Source: Neocallimastix sp. 'constans'
Lineage: Eukaryota
Direction: 5' to 3'
Length of the DNA stretch: 64,000 nucleotides
NCBI GenBank assembly: GCA_050613775.1
Contig: JBODTK010000118.1
Span: forward strand, 62,001-126,000
Made by a program: the position numbers and the translations under genes. This document shows, one piece after another, positions 14,313-32,573 of the stretch (its first letter is position 1; the number at the start of each line of letters is the position of its first letter). The notes below the pieces were generated by a model that saw nothing but the letters and a program-made list of their open reading frames with translations, was not told the origin of the DNA and made no database searches.

Positions 14313-15148
14313 TTCATTAATGATATTTTAAACATCTATGATAAATATGGTGTTAGTATTAGTAAAAAAAAAAAAAATGTTGTGGTGGTGGTCTTTTTGC
14401 TGATGATATTGTTCTTATAGCCCCTAGTGAAAGAAAAATGAAGGTTCTACTTTGTCATGTTTTTTTTTTTTTTTTTTTTTTTTGTTGGGCTAATAAAAAT
14501 GAAATGTCTTTTGGTATTAATTAATGTACTACATTGGTTATTAAACTCTTAAATTTTGTTTTCTTATTCGGGTTATGAAGAACCTACATTTCACCTTGAT
14601 ATTGTATTCTATCCCTTTAAAGAATTCTATACCTATTTACTTAGAGATATCCCCTTCAGTAATAATCTTTCCCTTGAGCCTATTATCACATATATTAATA
14701 CTAAGGTTAGAAGATCTTTATTTTCTTTCTTTATTTTTTTTTTTTCAATAATAAAGTTTCATTAACATTTAAAAGATCTATTATTCAATTGTTTATTATT
14801 AGCAAAGTATTATATTTTGCTCCACTTTTAGATTCAAACAAAAAAAAAAAAAATTTCTAAGAATGCACAATCCTTAATGAACATTGCATTGTTGGGATGT
14901 ATTGATTCTGCCTCTTCGAATAAGGAAGATTCTCTTAACATTGAAAGGAAGAAAAAAAAATATATGAGTTATATCCAAAGGGACTCAACAATTAGTGTTT
15001 ATATCTTATCTCGTGATTCTTCAAATATTTCCAATTGACAGAATATGGTAAAAGGAATAGTGAAGTTAGTAATCCTGTCAGTTTTCATTAAATACACCAC
15101 ATCTACCAACAGCACCGTTCCGAATGCAAAACCTATAGTAAAATAATT

Positions 15149-15181
<33 letters not shown>

Positions 15182-15228
15182 ATGATCCTTCTTGTGGTTC
15201 AAGGGAGAATTTAGTGGATACCACACTA

Positions 15229-15271
<43 letters not shown>

Positions 15272-15290
15272 TGTTACTTCTTTTGTTTTA
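14070..15290 (+). mobile_element. Decayed non-LTR retrotransposon (LINE) fragment, copy A, with internal deletions
   Basis: RT remnants KKAYDAVP (14078), FNLFINDIL, GGLFADDIVL (~14385-14418). The 3' motif GGAGAATTTAGTGGATACCACACTATC (~15203) is shared with copies at ~25473 and ~39553. Many frameshifts. Confidence 0.85.
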
Positions 15291-15559
15291 ATTATTTCAT
15301 ATTTAACTGGTGATCCTGTTACTACACATAGTATACATTACATCTAATTTTTTTTTGTAACTTTTGAACTTATTTTTATTCTTTATTACATTAAATTTTC
15401 TATGATTAATTAAAATTTGTTTTTTTTTATTTTATTAATCTTTTACCTACTTTCCATCTTGATATGTACTCTCCTATTCCTTAGGTTTCATATTATACTT
15501 ATCTCAGGATTAAAATTATTAAATTATTTTTAAATTATATCGATGATGATCTATCTATT

Positions 15560-16105
15560 ACTTCAATCAATTAATATCTAATTTACAAGCTAAAGTTTGG
15601 AAGATTTTTTATTCTCATTTTCTAATATTTTTTTATTGAACAACAAGGTACCTTTATCTTTTTCAAAAAAAAAAAAAACATGTTTTATAGTCACTATATT
15701 ACTAGCAAAACCTTTTACTCAATTCCTCTACTCCGTTCCAATTCAAAAAAAAAAAAAAAAAATCAATAATGAAATCAATCAATAAATCAACAAATGCTTT
15801 ATTATGTAAAAAAAGTTACATATTAAAAGATTTAAAAGAAATTCTACTATTAGTACTTATGCCCTTTTTCAAGGAAAATAAAAAAATATATTCTTCTTTT
15901 TGTTCTCTTCCTACTTATCTTGTTTTAGATTGGGAAGAAAATATTAATGAATATATATATATATATTATATGTTCCTTCTTGGTGATAACTTTAACTTTA
16001 GAATGAGCTACAATTCTATATCAATACTGAGGGAGGGGAACAAAGACATTTAAAAGAAACTTTTATAAAAGAATTCTGGGTCTAATGTTTCAAAGATCGT
16101 TAAAC
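15560..16105 (+). mobile_element. Older degenerate fragments of the same LINE group
   Basis: Patches such as TATATGTTCCTTCTTGGT...ATGAGCTACA...GAGGGGAACAAAGACA resemble 25147-25220 and 39900-39965. Confidence 0.6.
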
Positions 16106-17271
16106 TTTTTTTTTTTTTTTTTAATAATTAATATATAAAACAATGAAAGTGTATTCTTTTCTTAGTCTAAGAATAAAAAAAAAACTTCCTTTGTGATATG
16201 ATTCCTTTTTTTTTTTTTTTTTTTTATTCTTCTTCATCTTTTTTTTTTTTTTTTTTTTTTTATTCATCTTCATCTTTTTTTTTTTTTTTTTTTTTTTTTT
16301 TGATAGTAATAATTATATAAATATATATATATATCTATGAAAAATCCTATTAATACTCTAAATATGTATATTTCAAAGGTAACAATTGATAAAATTACTA
16401 AGTATCTAGATACATAGCGGTTTTTTTTTTCTTTTTCTTTTTCATTAAAAAAATTTGGTTATAAAAAAGAAGAAGAAGAAAAAATAATTTTTTATTTTGA
16501 AATATAATAATATAATATTTTAATAAATTTTTGACTTCATGTTTTTTTTTTTTATAATTCAATACATTCATTCAATAACTAGAATTTTTCTTTTCTTTTT
16601 TTTTTATTTTTTTTTATTTATTTTTTTTGTTGTTTGCTTCTTATAAGATATTACTTGTTTTAAATTTAACCTCTTTTCCAATAAAATTTTATACAGAAAT
16701 TTACAATTAATGAACCATAATAATATCAATAATATCATTATTATATACTTAAATATTTTAACATATTTAATATTTATATTTAATTAATTTATTTTTAGTC
16801 AACATATATTCATATCATATAAATAAATATATAAATAATAAAAACATATATATATGTATATATACAAATTGATAATTAACGGAATTTAAATATAAAATTA
16901 ATAGGACTACTGATAATTATTAGTGCTCGTTCTAATTCTAATAAAACATTCGTTAATACTGAAATGAATACTAATAACAGTAATACCAATAATAATTTCT
17001 GTTATAATAAGTATTATAAAGTATTGTATATATTATAATAATTATAAATATTTATAATAATTATTAATATCTATTTTTTATTCTATTTCATTCTATTTTT
17101 ACTTCGTATACTTTGTATTTCTTTTTCATCTTAAGTAATAATTATCATCCATTTAAATAAACTAATCTAAATTGAATAATATATGTATTAATATTATAAG
17201 TATATATTATTTTTTACTAATTTTATTATAATTAACTAATGAAAAAAAAAATTTTTTTAATTATCAAAATC

Positions 17272-17539
<268 letters not shown>

Positions 17540-17556
17540 GTAATTATTATTATTAT

Positions 17557-17602
<46 letters not shown>

Positions 17603-18408
17603 AAGAATAACAGAGAATAGAAAGAATAATTTTGATGTATTTTTTGTATATAATATTATAATATCATTAATTATTCACATTAGTTATTAATTTTTAGATA
17701 TTATTATATATACTATTAGTTAATAATATAAATAATTAATAATTATTTATTATTATTTATTAATTATATATTAATCATTTATAATAGTATTATTAATTGA
17801 ATTCTATTAAATTCAATTAAATTTTAAATATTACTAAATTTTATTAATAATAATATGGATGGTTTTTATTTATTTATTTATATTAATAATTAAAAATTTG
17901 TAGTTTTTAATTAAATGTAGTTGTTAAAATAATTTAATTATTCTATTTTATTTTATTTTACATATTTATTTTTTCTTTTATTATAACCTTTAAATAAAAA
18001 AAAAGAAGAAATTAAAAAAAAAAAAAAAATAGAAAAATAAAAACAATAATAAAAAAAACTATTAAAATAAAATAAAAAAAAAACTTTTTTTTTTTTCCTT
18101 ATAATATAATAATAAAAAAAGAAAAGGTATAAAAAATATATTATTATTGATCATAATATATATATATATATAAAATAAAATATTTATATATATATATAAA
18201 ATAAAAATTTCAATATAATTTTATAAAATCATTTTTATATAAAATTAATGTACTAATCTTTCTTTTTTGTCAATGTTATAAAATTATATATATTTTATAT
18301 TCTTTATATAATATTAAAATTTATAATAAAAAAAAGTTTTATATTTTTAAATACCAATTTTTTTTGAATTTTATTTTTTTTTTATAAATAATTAAATAAT
18401 ATATCAAT

Positions 18409-22444
<4,036 letters not shown>

Positions 22445-22638
22445 TCAATATAATATCTATAATCCTTTTGTCATGCATTCATTCCTCTTTTATATTTATA
22501 TATATATTATTTTTTCAAAAAAAAAAAATTAGTTTATTCAAAAAATAAAAAAAATAATTATTATAAAAATTATTTTTTATTATTGTTGTAATTAAAATAA
22601 AATAAAAATTTTTTTATTATTATTTAATAATAACAAAT

Positions 22639-22674
<36 letters not shown>

Positions 22675-23256
22675 AAGAAAGAAAGAAAACAGCTAATAAT
22701 AAAAATAATAAGATTTAATAAGAAAATAATAATAATAATAAAAATAAAAATAAAAAAAATTAAAAATTAAAAAATAAAATAAAAAAAAATAAAATTAAAT
22801 ATAAATTTTATCATAAAAAATATATTTATATTATTAACAATTTCATATGAATAAATGAAATATTTATATAATAATTTCAAATTTCAAAAATTTAAAACAA
22901 ATAAAAAATAAAATAAATACTACTACTACTAATAATAATAATTAATTATAATAATAAATAAAATAAAAATAAAAATTAAAATAAAAAAAAAAAGGAAAAA
23001 TTAATAAAAATAATAATGAAAAAAAAAAAAAAAAAAAAAAATAGTAATAAATAAATAAAATAAAATAAAAAAAAAAAAAAAAAAAAAAAAATGAAATAAC
23101 AATAATAAAAACAAACAGAAACAATATATATATATATATATAAACTTCTTATTTAATTAATAAGAAATATATTTATATATTCTATATCTAAAAAAAAAAA
23201 AAAAAAAAAAAATTAATAGTAATAAATAATAAATAATATTATATAAATATTTTTCT

Positions 23257-23297
<41 letters not shown>

Positions 23298-23429
23298 TTA
23301 TTTATTTAATTTAAAATATAAATTTTATTTATATCTATTTTTAATGATATTTATATTCAATATAATTTATAAAACTGTTTAAATTATATATATATATATG
23401 TATATTTAATATTTTCTTCAATTCCATCA

Positions 23430-23475
23430 AAATCTAATTATTGAAGATGGAATGAAGCACACAATTTCTTTTCTT

Positions 23476-23527
<52 letters not shown>

Positions 23528-25752
23528 CTCTCTTTTCTTTCCTTTTAAAATGACAACTTACACACAATGTCGTTAGATCTGAATAATTTGGTTTTGGCAA
23601 CCGTGAAGAATGCATTTATTCATTTCCGTTAGAGAAATTTGCCAAAGAAGAAAATTTTAAGGAAAATTCACCTATTTAACCTTTTTAGATCTTAAAAAAA
23701 AAAAAAGCTTATGATTCATGATTCAGTTCCTATATTTGACATTCTTAACTAAATTATATCATTAAGGAGTCCGTGGTAAATGTTTTGATTTTTCTTTGTA
23801 ATTTTATATACTTCATCTAAAGCACCTGCTCGATTTGCTTCAATGTTATCAAATGAATTTCCTATAAAAAGAGGCCTTCGTCAAGGTTGTCCATTATCTC
23901 CAATCTTATTCAATTTATTCATCAATGATATACTATGTAACCGTGAAAAGTATGACGTTAATATTGGAAGAAAAAAAGTGTTGTGGTGAACTCCTTTGCT
24001 GATGATGTTGTTCTCATTGCTCCGAGTACAAAAAAAAAAAAAAAATTTAGATAAATTATTAAAAAAAAGGTATATAAATGGGCTAATTTAAATGAAATGA
24101 CTTTTGGTATTGAAAAATGTGCAACTATGGTTATAAAACCAATGAACTTCCAATCTCCTCCATATTACAGTGACCCAACCTTCTATTTAGGAATGAATTC
24201 TATTCATAATGTTTCTAGTTATATTTATCTAGGTATTCCTTTTTTTTTTTCAGATGATCTTTTATTAGAACACATTATATCTCACAGGCATTTTAAAGTT
24301 AGAAAATCCCTTTCTTTCATTTACACGTTTCTTTTCAAATAAACTTATTCCTATTGTATACAAGAAAGAAGTTCTACAATCCTTTGTTATTAGTAAAGTT
24401 AGTTATTATTCTCCTCTACTTGGTTCAAACAAATCTAGAACGGCTAGAATTCAAACATTAATTAATACTGGTCTATTTTGGTGTATCGGTTTCCTTCTCT
24501 AAAAATAGTAATACAAATTCAGAAAACAATGACTATCTAAGACATGATTCTACTATGAGTACTTATGCTTTATCTCGAGATCTCTGCATCCCTTACAGAT
24601 TAAATCCTTTGCAAAAATGGAGTAAATCTAACTGTATTATAAAGGATTTTATTAAATCTATTCCCAAAATGCCTTATTCTTCCTGGACTAAAGAATCTTG
24701 AACACTGTATAAAAAAATCAAAAAATATAAATGTGTGAAATATAACGATATTATAGAACGTTACTAAAAATCAGTTTCAAAATTACGATAGTAACCAGTT
24801 TTCAAATATTAAAGTTATAATAATGCTTAGCCAAAAAATATCCCCAATTCAACATAGGGTTTTCGTGGATTATACGTTTATGCTGTGGTTATAAATACAA
24901 TACTACTATTGCTATTAGAATGGGTAGAGTTTCAGAAGATTGTCCCAAGACTTGCCCATGTTGTGGATAAGGTAGTCAATCTTTTGAGCATTGGATTTTT
25001 AAATGCGATGCTATTGCATTTATTAGATGGAATTCTTTAAATTTCATCGATGATCTCTATGTTTTATTCATTAGGAAGATTAGAGTGTTTAATCCTCTTT
25101 CTTCCTATGACTCTATTTCTAATTTTGAAGATTATATCAATCATTATATATACTTGTTCCTTCTTGGTAGAACTTTAGCTTTAAATGAACCACATTTTGA
25201 TAGAGGGGAACTGAGACAATTAAATGAACTACTCTTCAAAGGTTCATCTAAGTCACCTGTTCCAAAAATTGTGGACTTAGCGGAATTCTTAACTAGCGCA
25301 ATACCTATCATAAGTAATTCGTTTGAGCTATTATTTGATAGGTATTCCAAAATACCAAACTTAACCAAGAGCGTCGACGTCGTACTGATAAGGCATAATG
25401 ATAATACAGGATCTTCATCTATTTCTGCGAAAGGTGAGTCTCGCCTTAGTAGCTCAATAAAAGATGAATCCGGGGAGAGTTTAGTGGACACCACGCTATC
25501 TATTTTTTATAGATGTTACTTTCTAGGTTTTATTATTTTTTTAATTTGTTAGAAAGGGAAAATTCCCACATAGTACAACTTACCGAAATACATAGTATTT
25601 TTGAGCTTTTTTATTTTTTATTTTTTATTTTTTTAACTTTCATTTCTATTTTTAATTTCAAATGTACTTTTCACCTACGTGTATTTTTTATTTTTTACTA
25701 ATAAAATTAATAAATTTATGGAAGTGTATTCTCTTCCCTGTCTAAAAAAAAA
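23430..25752 (+). mobile_element. 5'-truncated, frameshifted LINE (copy B): RT domain, CCHC zinc knuckle, C-terminal region, 3' UTR, poly(A)
   Basis: LDLKKAYDS (~23685), KRGLRQGCPLSPILFNLFINDI (~23867-23932), FADDVVLIAP (~23995), TFGIEKCATM, YIYLGIPF, CPCCG...FEHWIFKC (~24953-25006). Ends GTGTATTCTCTTCCCTGTCT followed by an A run at 25744. Confidence 0.93.
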
Positions 25753-26443
25753 TTTTTTTTATTGACATCAATATACGATTAAGTTTATTAAAACTTTTTT
25801 TTTTCTTTAATTATTATTATCATTATTATTATTTTTTAATGATAAAATTTCTTTATTATTTCTTTTTGATATTTATATTTATATATATACCTTTTATTTT
25901 TTTTTAAATAACTATTTTCTATTTTATTTCATATATATTACCATCTATAAAATATAATTTCACAAAAAATTTTTTTTAAAAAAAAATTCATTAATATTGT
26001 CATAATAGGTTACGTTTTTCAACACTACGTCATACCATAATTTTTTTTTTTCTTTCTCTCTTTTTTTTTTTTTTTTTTTTTTTTTACAATAACAACAATA
26101 ACATTTCTTTTATTATCATTTATTATAATATTAACACATTTTTAAATTTTTAAAACTTTAGGAAATCTACCCAGAAAAAAAAAAAGTTTCAAAAATCAAG
26201 TAGTTAAAGCAGGCTCATCAATAAATAGAAGAACCTTATTGTAAAAAAAAAAAAATAAAAACATTCAAAAGATTATATATAAGGTTATTTTTGAAGGAAG
26301 AACCGACTATTAATGATTTAAATCTTATTGAAAAATAATTTATATTGAATTATGAAAAAGGAAATATATATTTATATATTTTAAAGAAGACTATGTAGAT
26401 TAAGAGTTTTATAATAATATTGACTCTAAAACTTATATATATA

Positions 26444-26491
<48 letters not shown>

Positions 26492-27038
26492 TAAAATAGT
26501 ATAATATAAATTAATAAATTAAATATCTTATTGTTGATGATATAATATCAAAAATTCATTTTTTAAATAGACCTAATAGTTAGTAGAAAGTTGATACTTA
26601 ATATATATAATAAAAAATGTATATGATAATTGAAAGCATTAGAATTAGAAAATAGAAAAAAAGATAAAAAAAATAAAAATTAAAGACAAACAATAATATG
26701 ATTTAAATTAGAATAATGTATAAAGTAGTGTGGGATATAACAAAACTATAATATTTAGTCAGCTAATTTCTTTTTTTTTTTTTTTTTTTTTAAAAAAATT
26801 TAGAATTTTGAATATCAATTATTGATACATGTTTTTTGTTAATGTAAATTAATGTAATACGTAATATGTAAATGATATTATAATTTTTTTTTTTTATTAA
26901 TTGGTTGGTTAGTTTATCATATAATAAATAATTAATAATAAATAATATTATATTATATTATTATGAGGTGTTAATTAAATTTTTATATTTTTTTTTATTA
27001 TTTAAAATTTTATTATAAAAAAAAAAAAAAAAAAGAAA

Positions 27039-27069
<31 letters not shown>

Positions 27070-27209
27070 TAATTCTTTAATAATTATTCTTATTAGAAAT
27101 TTTAAATTTTAAATTTTTTTTATTTTTTATTTTTTAATTATTTAAATTATAGTTGAAAAAAAATAATATAATATAATATACTATAATATAATATAAAACA
27201 ATAGATAAA

Positions 27210-27992
27210 ATGGCAAAATCAAGGTTTGAATATGTTAAAGGATTTGAAAGTCATCCAATTTTACTTCCAAATACATACATAGCTGTACGTATTGACGGTA
27301 GAGGATTTCATCAGTTTTCAAAAGAACATAATTTTGAAAAACCTAATGATGTTAGAGCACTCGATTTAATGAATCGTTGTGCTAAAGCAGTTATGGAAGA
27401 ATATACAGATATTGTTATTGCTTATGGTGAAAGTGATGAATTTAGTTTTGTTATATCGAAAAAATCTCAATTGTATAAGAGAAGAGAATCAAAAATTATA
27501 AGTTGTATTGTTTCAAAATTTTCTTCTTCTTTTGTATTTTATTGGAAAGACTTTATGGGTGATACTCCCTTAAAATATCCACCTACTTTTGACGCAAGAG
27601 CAGTTTGTTATCCTTCATTAGAAAATATAAGAGATTATTTATCTTGGCGACAGGCAGATACCCATATTAATAACCTCTATAATACTTGTTTTTGGCTTAT
27701 GGTTAAAGATCCAAGTCATAAATATAAATCAGAAAAAGAGGTTGAAAATATATTGAAAGATACTAATTCTTCTCAAAAAAATGAACTCTTATTTTCTCAA
27801 TATAATACTAATTATGCTAAACTTCCAGAACAATTTCGAAAAGGTTCAGTCTTATATTCTGATAAAAGAAATGTTACTGAAATTGGTAAAAATGGTCAAG
27901 AAGTTGTACGTTCCAGAAGAGTTATTGTCATTGATCACTGTGATATTATCGGTGAAGAATTTTGGAAAAATCATCCACATATTTTAAACTAA
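27210..27992 (+). CDS. THG1: tRNA(His) guanylyltransferase Thg1 (3'-5' nucleotidyltransferase), single exon, 260 aa
   Basis: MAKSRFEYVKGFE, VRIDGRGFH, AYGESDEFSF, FDARAVCYP, DYLSWRQADTHINNLYNTCFW, KNELLF, FRKGS, DIIGEEFW are all canonical eukaryotic Thg1 motifs. Confidence 0.97.
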   Translation: MAKSRFEYVKGFESHPILLPNTYIAVRIDGRGFHQFSKEHNFEKPNDVRALDLMNRCAKAVMEEYTDIVIAYGESDEFSFVISKKSQLYKRRESKIISCIVSKFSSSFVFYWKDFMGDTPLKYPPTFDARAVCYPSLENIRDYLSWRQADTHINNLYNTCFWLMVKDPSHKYKSEKEVENILKDTNSSQKNELLFSQYNTNYAKLPEQFRKGSVLYSDKRNVTEIGKNGQEVVRSRRVIVIDHCDIIGEEFWKNHPHILN

Positions 27993-28091
27993 TAATTTAT
28001 TTATTTATAAAGTTTATTTATTAATTTCATTTCAATACGAGAAAGGAGGAAAAATAATAATAATAATATATAAAATATTTTAATAAAAAGA

Positions 28092-28124
<33 letters not shown>

Positions 28125-28503
28125 GTAATTTTTAAATTGGAAATCTTTATATTTTTTATATAGACAAAATAGATATATATATTGGTATTACTTTATAGAA
28201 GAAATCTTTTTTTTTTTATTATTATTACTAAATATTATAAATGAAAATTTTAAAAAAAAGTGAATTAAAAACAATAAAAAAAAAAAAAAAAAAAATTTAA
28301 TTTATGAGACTTTGAATTTCATATATATAATTTATAAAAGAAAAAAAAGAGAAATAAAATAGAAAATAAATATATATATATAAAAAAAAAGGGGAAATTT
28401 GATTTAAACTAATGGATTTTATATTTTTCTCTTTTGGATTTATTTTTTCATGTAGCTCATAACTATAATTTCACTGTTTATCTTTAGCACGGAATTAGAA
28501 TTT

Positions 28504-29552
28504 TCACTAAATAATTTGAAAAATAACTTTTATTAAAGTTATTTTTCTAATAGTATTATTTATTTGTTTTAATAATTCTTTATTATTATATATAGAAAGA
28601 TATATTTATATTGTTAAATTAAAATTATTGTTATAAATTAGAAATTTTTCATTTTTTTTTTTTTTTTTTCATTTTTTTTTCTTTATTTATATTTTATAAA
28701 GAATATAGATCTTAATGAAAATTCTCTAAATATTTTATTTAATGTTCTTATTTTCTTTTATTATAATTATTAATACTAAAACTTAACTTTTTTTTTTTTT
28801 TAAAAAAAAAAATAAAATTAATAATTTTATTATTATTATTGTTATTATATTTAAATATAATTAATATAAAATTAATCATGCATATCTAATAACATATCTA
28901 TATAAATATTATTATCAATTAATAATTAACAAAAATAAAAAATAAAACTTTTTCAAAGGAATATAAAATGGAGATAGTTTTCCATATTTATTTGATGAAT
29001 AATTTAATTTTAAATAATAATAATAAAAAAAATATTATAATAAATAAAATTATCACTAAATAATTTGAAAAATAACTTTTATTAAAGTTATTTTTCTAAT
29101 AGTATTATTTATTTGTTTTAATAATTCTTTATTATTATATATAGAAAGATATATTTATATTGTTAAATTAAAATTATTGTTATAAATTAGAAATTTTTCT
29201 TTTTTTCATTTTTTTTTTTTATTTGTATTTTATAAAGAATATAGATCTTAATGAAAATTCTCTAAATATTTTATTAATGTTCTTATTTTCTTTTATTATA
29301 ATTATTAATACTAAAGCTTAACTTTTTTTTTTTTAAAAAAAAAAAAATAAAATTAATAATCTTATTATTATTATTGTTATTATATTTAAATATAATTATA
29401 ATAAAATTAATCATGCATATCTAATAACATATTTATATAAATATTTATCATCAATTAATAATTAACAAAAATAAAAAAAATAAAACTTTTTCAAAGGAAT
29501 ATAATGGAGATAGTTTTCCATATTTATTTGATGAATAATTTAAATTTAAATA
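28504..29552. repeat. Tandem duplication of a ~510-bp non-coding unit (28504-29015 / 29053-29552)
   Basis: Both units start TCACTAAATAATTTGAAAAATAACTTTTATTAAAG and end GGAGATAGTTTTCCATATTTATTTGATGAATAATTT; differences are mostly homopolymer length. Confidence 0.92.
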
Positions 29553-29584
<32 letters not shown>

Positions 29585-29603
29585 AATAAATAAAATTATT
29601 AAT

Positions 29604-29635
<32 letters not shown>

Positions 29636-29788
29636 TTTTTTTAATAATTTTATTTCATTTAATAATTTATATTTAAAAAAGGTTGCTACTGGTCCATTCT
29701 AAAGATGTGAATAACCACATATGATGTTTGTATTTTCATTGCTGCTATTGAATTGTCAGATTATATATTAATCAAATTACTTCTATAT

Positions 29789-30102
29789 GGGAGTGGTGCA
29801 TTTCGCCAATTATTTTGAAAGCATGAATCGAATTAAAAAAATGTGGCATTTCGCCAAATTGCAATTCACCAAGTTGTATTTCGCCAATTTGAAAATTCTT
29901 AAATAAATATATAAATAAATAAATAAATAAATATTATTAATATTGAATAAAAACAAGTTAAAAAAATTATTTTGAATTTTTATTTATATATTCATTTATT
30001 TATATATATATACTCCACTTGGCAAAATGCAACACTTTAATACTACGCCACTTGGTGAAATGCAACCTGGCAAAATGCAATTTGAGGAAATCCAACTCTC
30101 CT
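29789..30102. mobile_element. Non-autonomous DNA transposon (MITE), Mutator/foldback-like, 9-bp TSD
   Basis: CTTCTATAT directly repeated at 29780-29788 and 30103-30111. Imperfect inverted termini (GGGAGTGGTGCATTTCGCCAA / TTGAGGAAATCCAACTCTCCT). Four copies of a TGCATTTCGCCAA-like motif on the left and four inverted copies on the right. Confidence 0.85.
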
Positions 30103-30416
30103 CTTCTATATATATATATATATTTAATTAATAAAAAATTTAATAAAAAATAAAAAAATAAAAAATTAAAATAAAAATAAAATAAATAAGACCTTATCTA
30201 TCTTTAATATTTATATTTTTTTTGTAACTTAATATTTATTAATAAAAATTATTGTTATAATTATTTAATATTCAACAAAAAAAAAATAATAAATAATGTA
30301 ATCCTTGTGATGTATTTTTATTCTCTGTCAAATTATAATGTTTATATATAAAAAAAAATAATATAGAATTTTCATAAAAAAAAAAAAAAACAATAAAAAA
30401 AATAGTTTATTATTTA

Positions 30417-30482
<66 letters not shown>

Positions 30483-31436
30483 ATTTTTATAAATAATAGA
30501 GGTCCTAAAAAAAAACAACAGAAAACAAAAAGAAAACCAAATAATTATCTTAAGAAGAAGAAGAAGAATCATTTGAAATATATATATATAAATTTTAAAT
30601 AAATAAGTAAATAAAAATATGAAATATATAAATGAATTGAATTATTAAAAATAAGCAAAAAAAAAAAAAAAAATAAAAAAAAAATAAAAAATACAAAATA
30701 AATAAAAGAGAAGAAAAAAAAATAATTTTTTTTATCAATGTCATTGAATATATAGTTCAATAAAAAAAAATATGAATAAAAAAATAATGGAAAAAATTAA
30801 ATAATAAAATAAAAAAAAAAATAAAAAAAAAAAAAATAATCATTAAAACATATATATATATGTTTTAATGCTTATTTTATATATATATAATTATAAAAAT
30901 AAAAATAATTAAGATAATGCTTCTTCATTATTTTATATTGTCAATTTTTTTAAAATAAAAGAAAAAAAAATTTTGTTGAAAAATAATATTTTTTTTTTAA
31001 AAATTGAAATAGATTTGTTTTTGTTTACAAAAAAAAAAAGTTATTAATCAAATAATCATATATATATGTATATATATTTATTTTGATATTTTACTAACTT
31101 AAAAAAAAAAAAAAAAAATTGTAAAGTGAACAAAACTTTAATTAATAATATAACATTAATAGAAATAGTTAATTAAAAGTTTAAGTATACTTTTAATTAA
31201 ATGTTAATCCCTTTTTCTCATTTTTAAATATTTATAGAATAATAAAGAAATAAATAGACATCATATTTTTTTTATACTCTTGAGATAAAGATAAAAAAAA
31301 ATAAAATAAAATTTTATTATATTTTTATTATATTTTTACTATATTTTATAGTTTTTTTTGTCTCAAAAATAAAATAAAATAAAATAAAATAAAAAAAAAA
31401 AAAAAAAAAAGAAATTTCTAAATATATAATATGTAA

Positions 31437-31485
<49 letters not shown>

Positions 31486-32573
31486 TTAATTATTATTATA
31501 CTAGAAGTAATATTAAAACAATAAAATGGTGAAATTTTATATACCTAATTATTTATTATTATTATTATCTAAATTATTATTTGTTGTAGTATTATTAGTT
31601 ATAATATTATTTGTTATTGTATTAGTAGTAGTGTTATGAAAAATATTCAAAAAATGTTTATCATTTATATAAATATTTCTAATAGCTTAATAATTTAAAA
31701 AATCATAAATATAAAAATTTATAAAAATATCTTTTTCCTTTTTTTTTTTTTAATTAAAGGTCAAATTTTAATATATATTAATTTTTTTTTTAAGAAACCT
31801 TCTTTTTTTTTTTTTTTTAATTATATACATTTATTATGTATATATATATTTTATTTAATTATTGATCATAAATTTACCAAACTTTAAAAAAATAAAAAAA
31901 TAAAAAATAAAAATCTTTGGTTTTTATACCAAAACTATATATCCAAAAAAAATAAACTTTAAATTTATATTTAAATGTATTTATTTGATACAATCTAAAA
32001 TTAATTGAATTATATTATTTAATATAATTTATAATTTATAATGCTTTCTTTGTTAACACCCAAAATAAATATATGTATTATATATATTTATACATGAATA
32101 ATAATAATATTTGTATTTATCCACTTTAATTATAAATATTTTTTTAATTTTTAGTAATACTTTTAGTGACTGACTTATTTTATTATTTTTAGCTTAATAA
32201 ACATTATTATTAATTTTTTTTTGTTACTTTTGTTACTTTTGTTTTAATTTGTATTTATAATTATTTTTTATTTTCTATTCTCTTTTATTAAATATATATA
32301 AAAACTTTTTTTTTTTTTTTTTATATAAATTTTTTTTTTAAATTTTTTTTTATTAGAAATTATTTTATTATAAATAATTTTTTCAGTAGTAATAATTGTA
32401 TATTTATATTGTAAACTATATTATATATACACATAAATATATACTGTTATATAATAATAAAGAAAGAATAAAAATAATATAAAAAAGATAATTAAATAAA
32501 AAAAAAAAAAAAAAAGAAGAAGAGAAGAGAAAAGAAGAGAAGAGAAGAAATAATACTAATAAGAAAAAAAAAA

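Noticed and set aside
25144..25494. Antisense ORFs here and at 39223-39690 that look like a conserved gene pair
   Set aside because: They are the reverse frame of the LINE C-terminal region; the similarity comes from the two LINE copies.
29797..30095. Regularly spaced 13-14-bp repeats suggestive of a CRISPR array
   Set aside because: The repeats are short, inverted between the two halves, flanked by a TSD and in a eukaryote; they are explained as a MITE.
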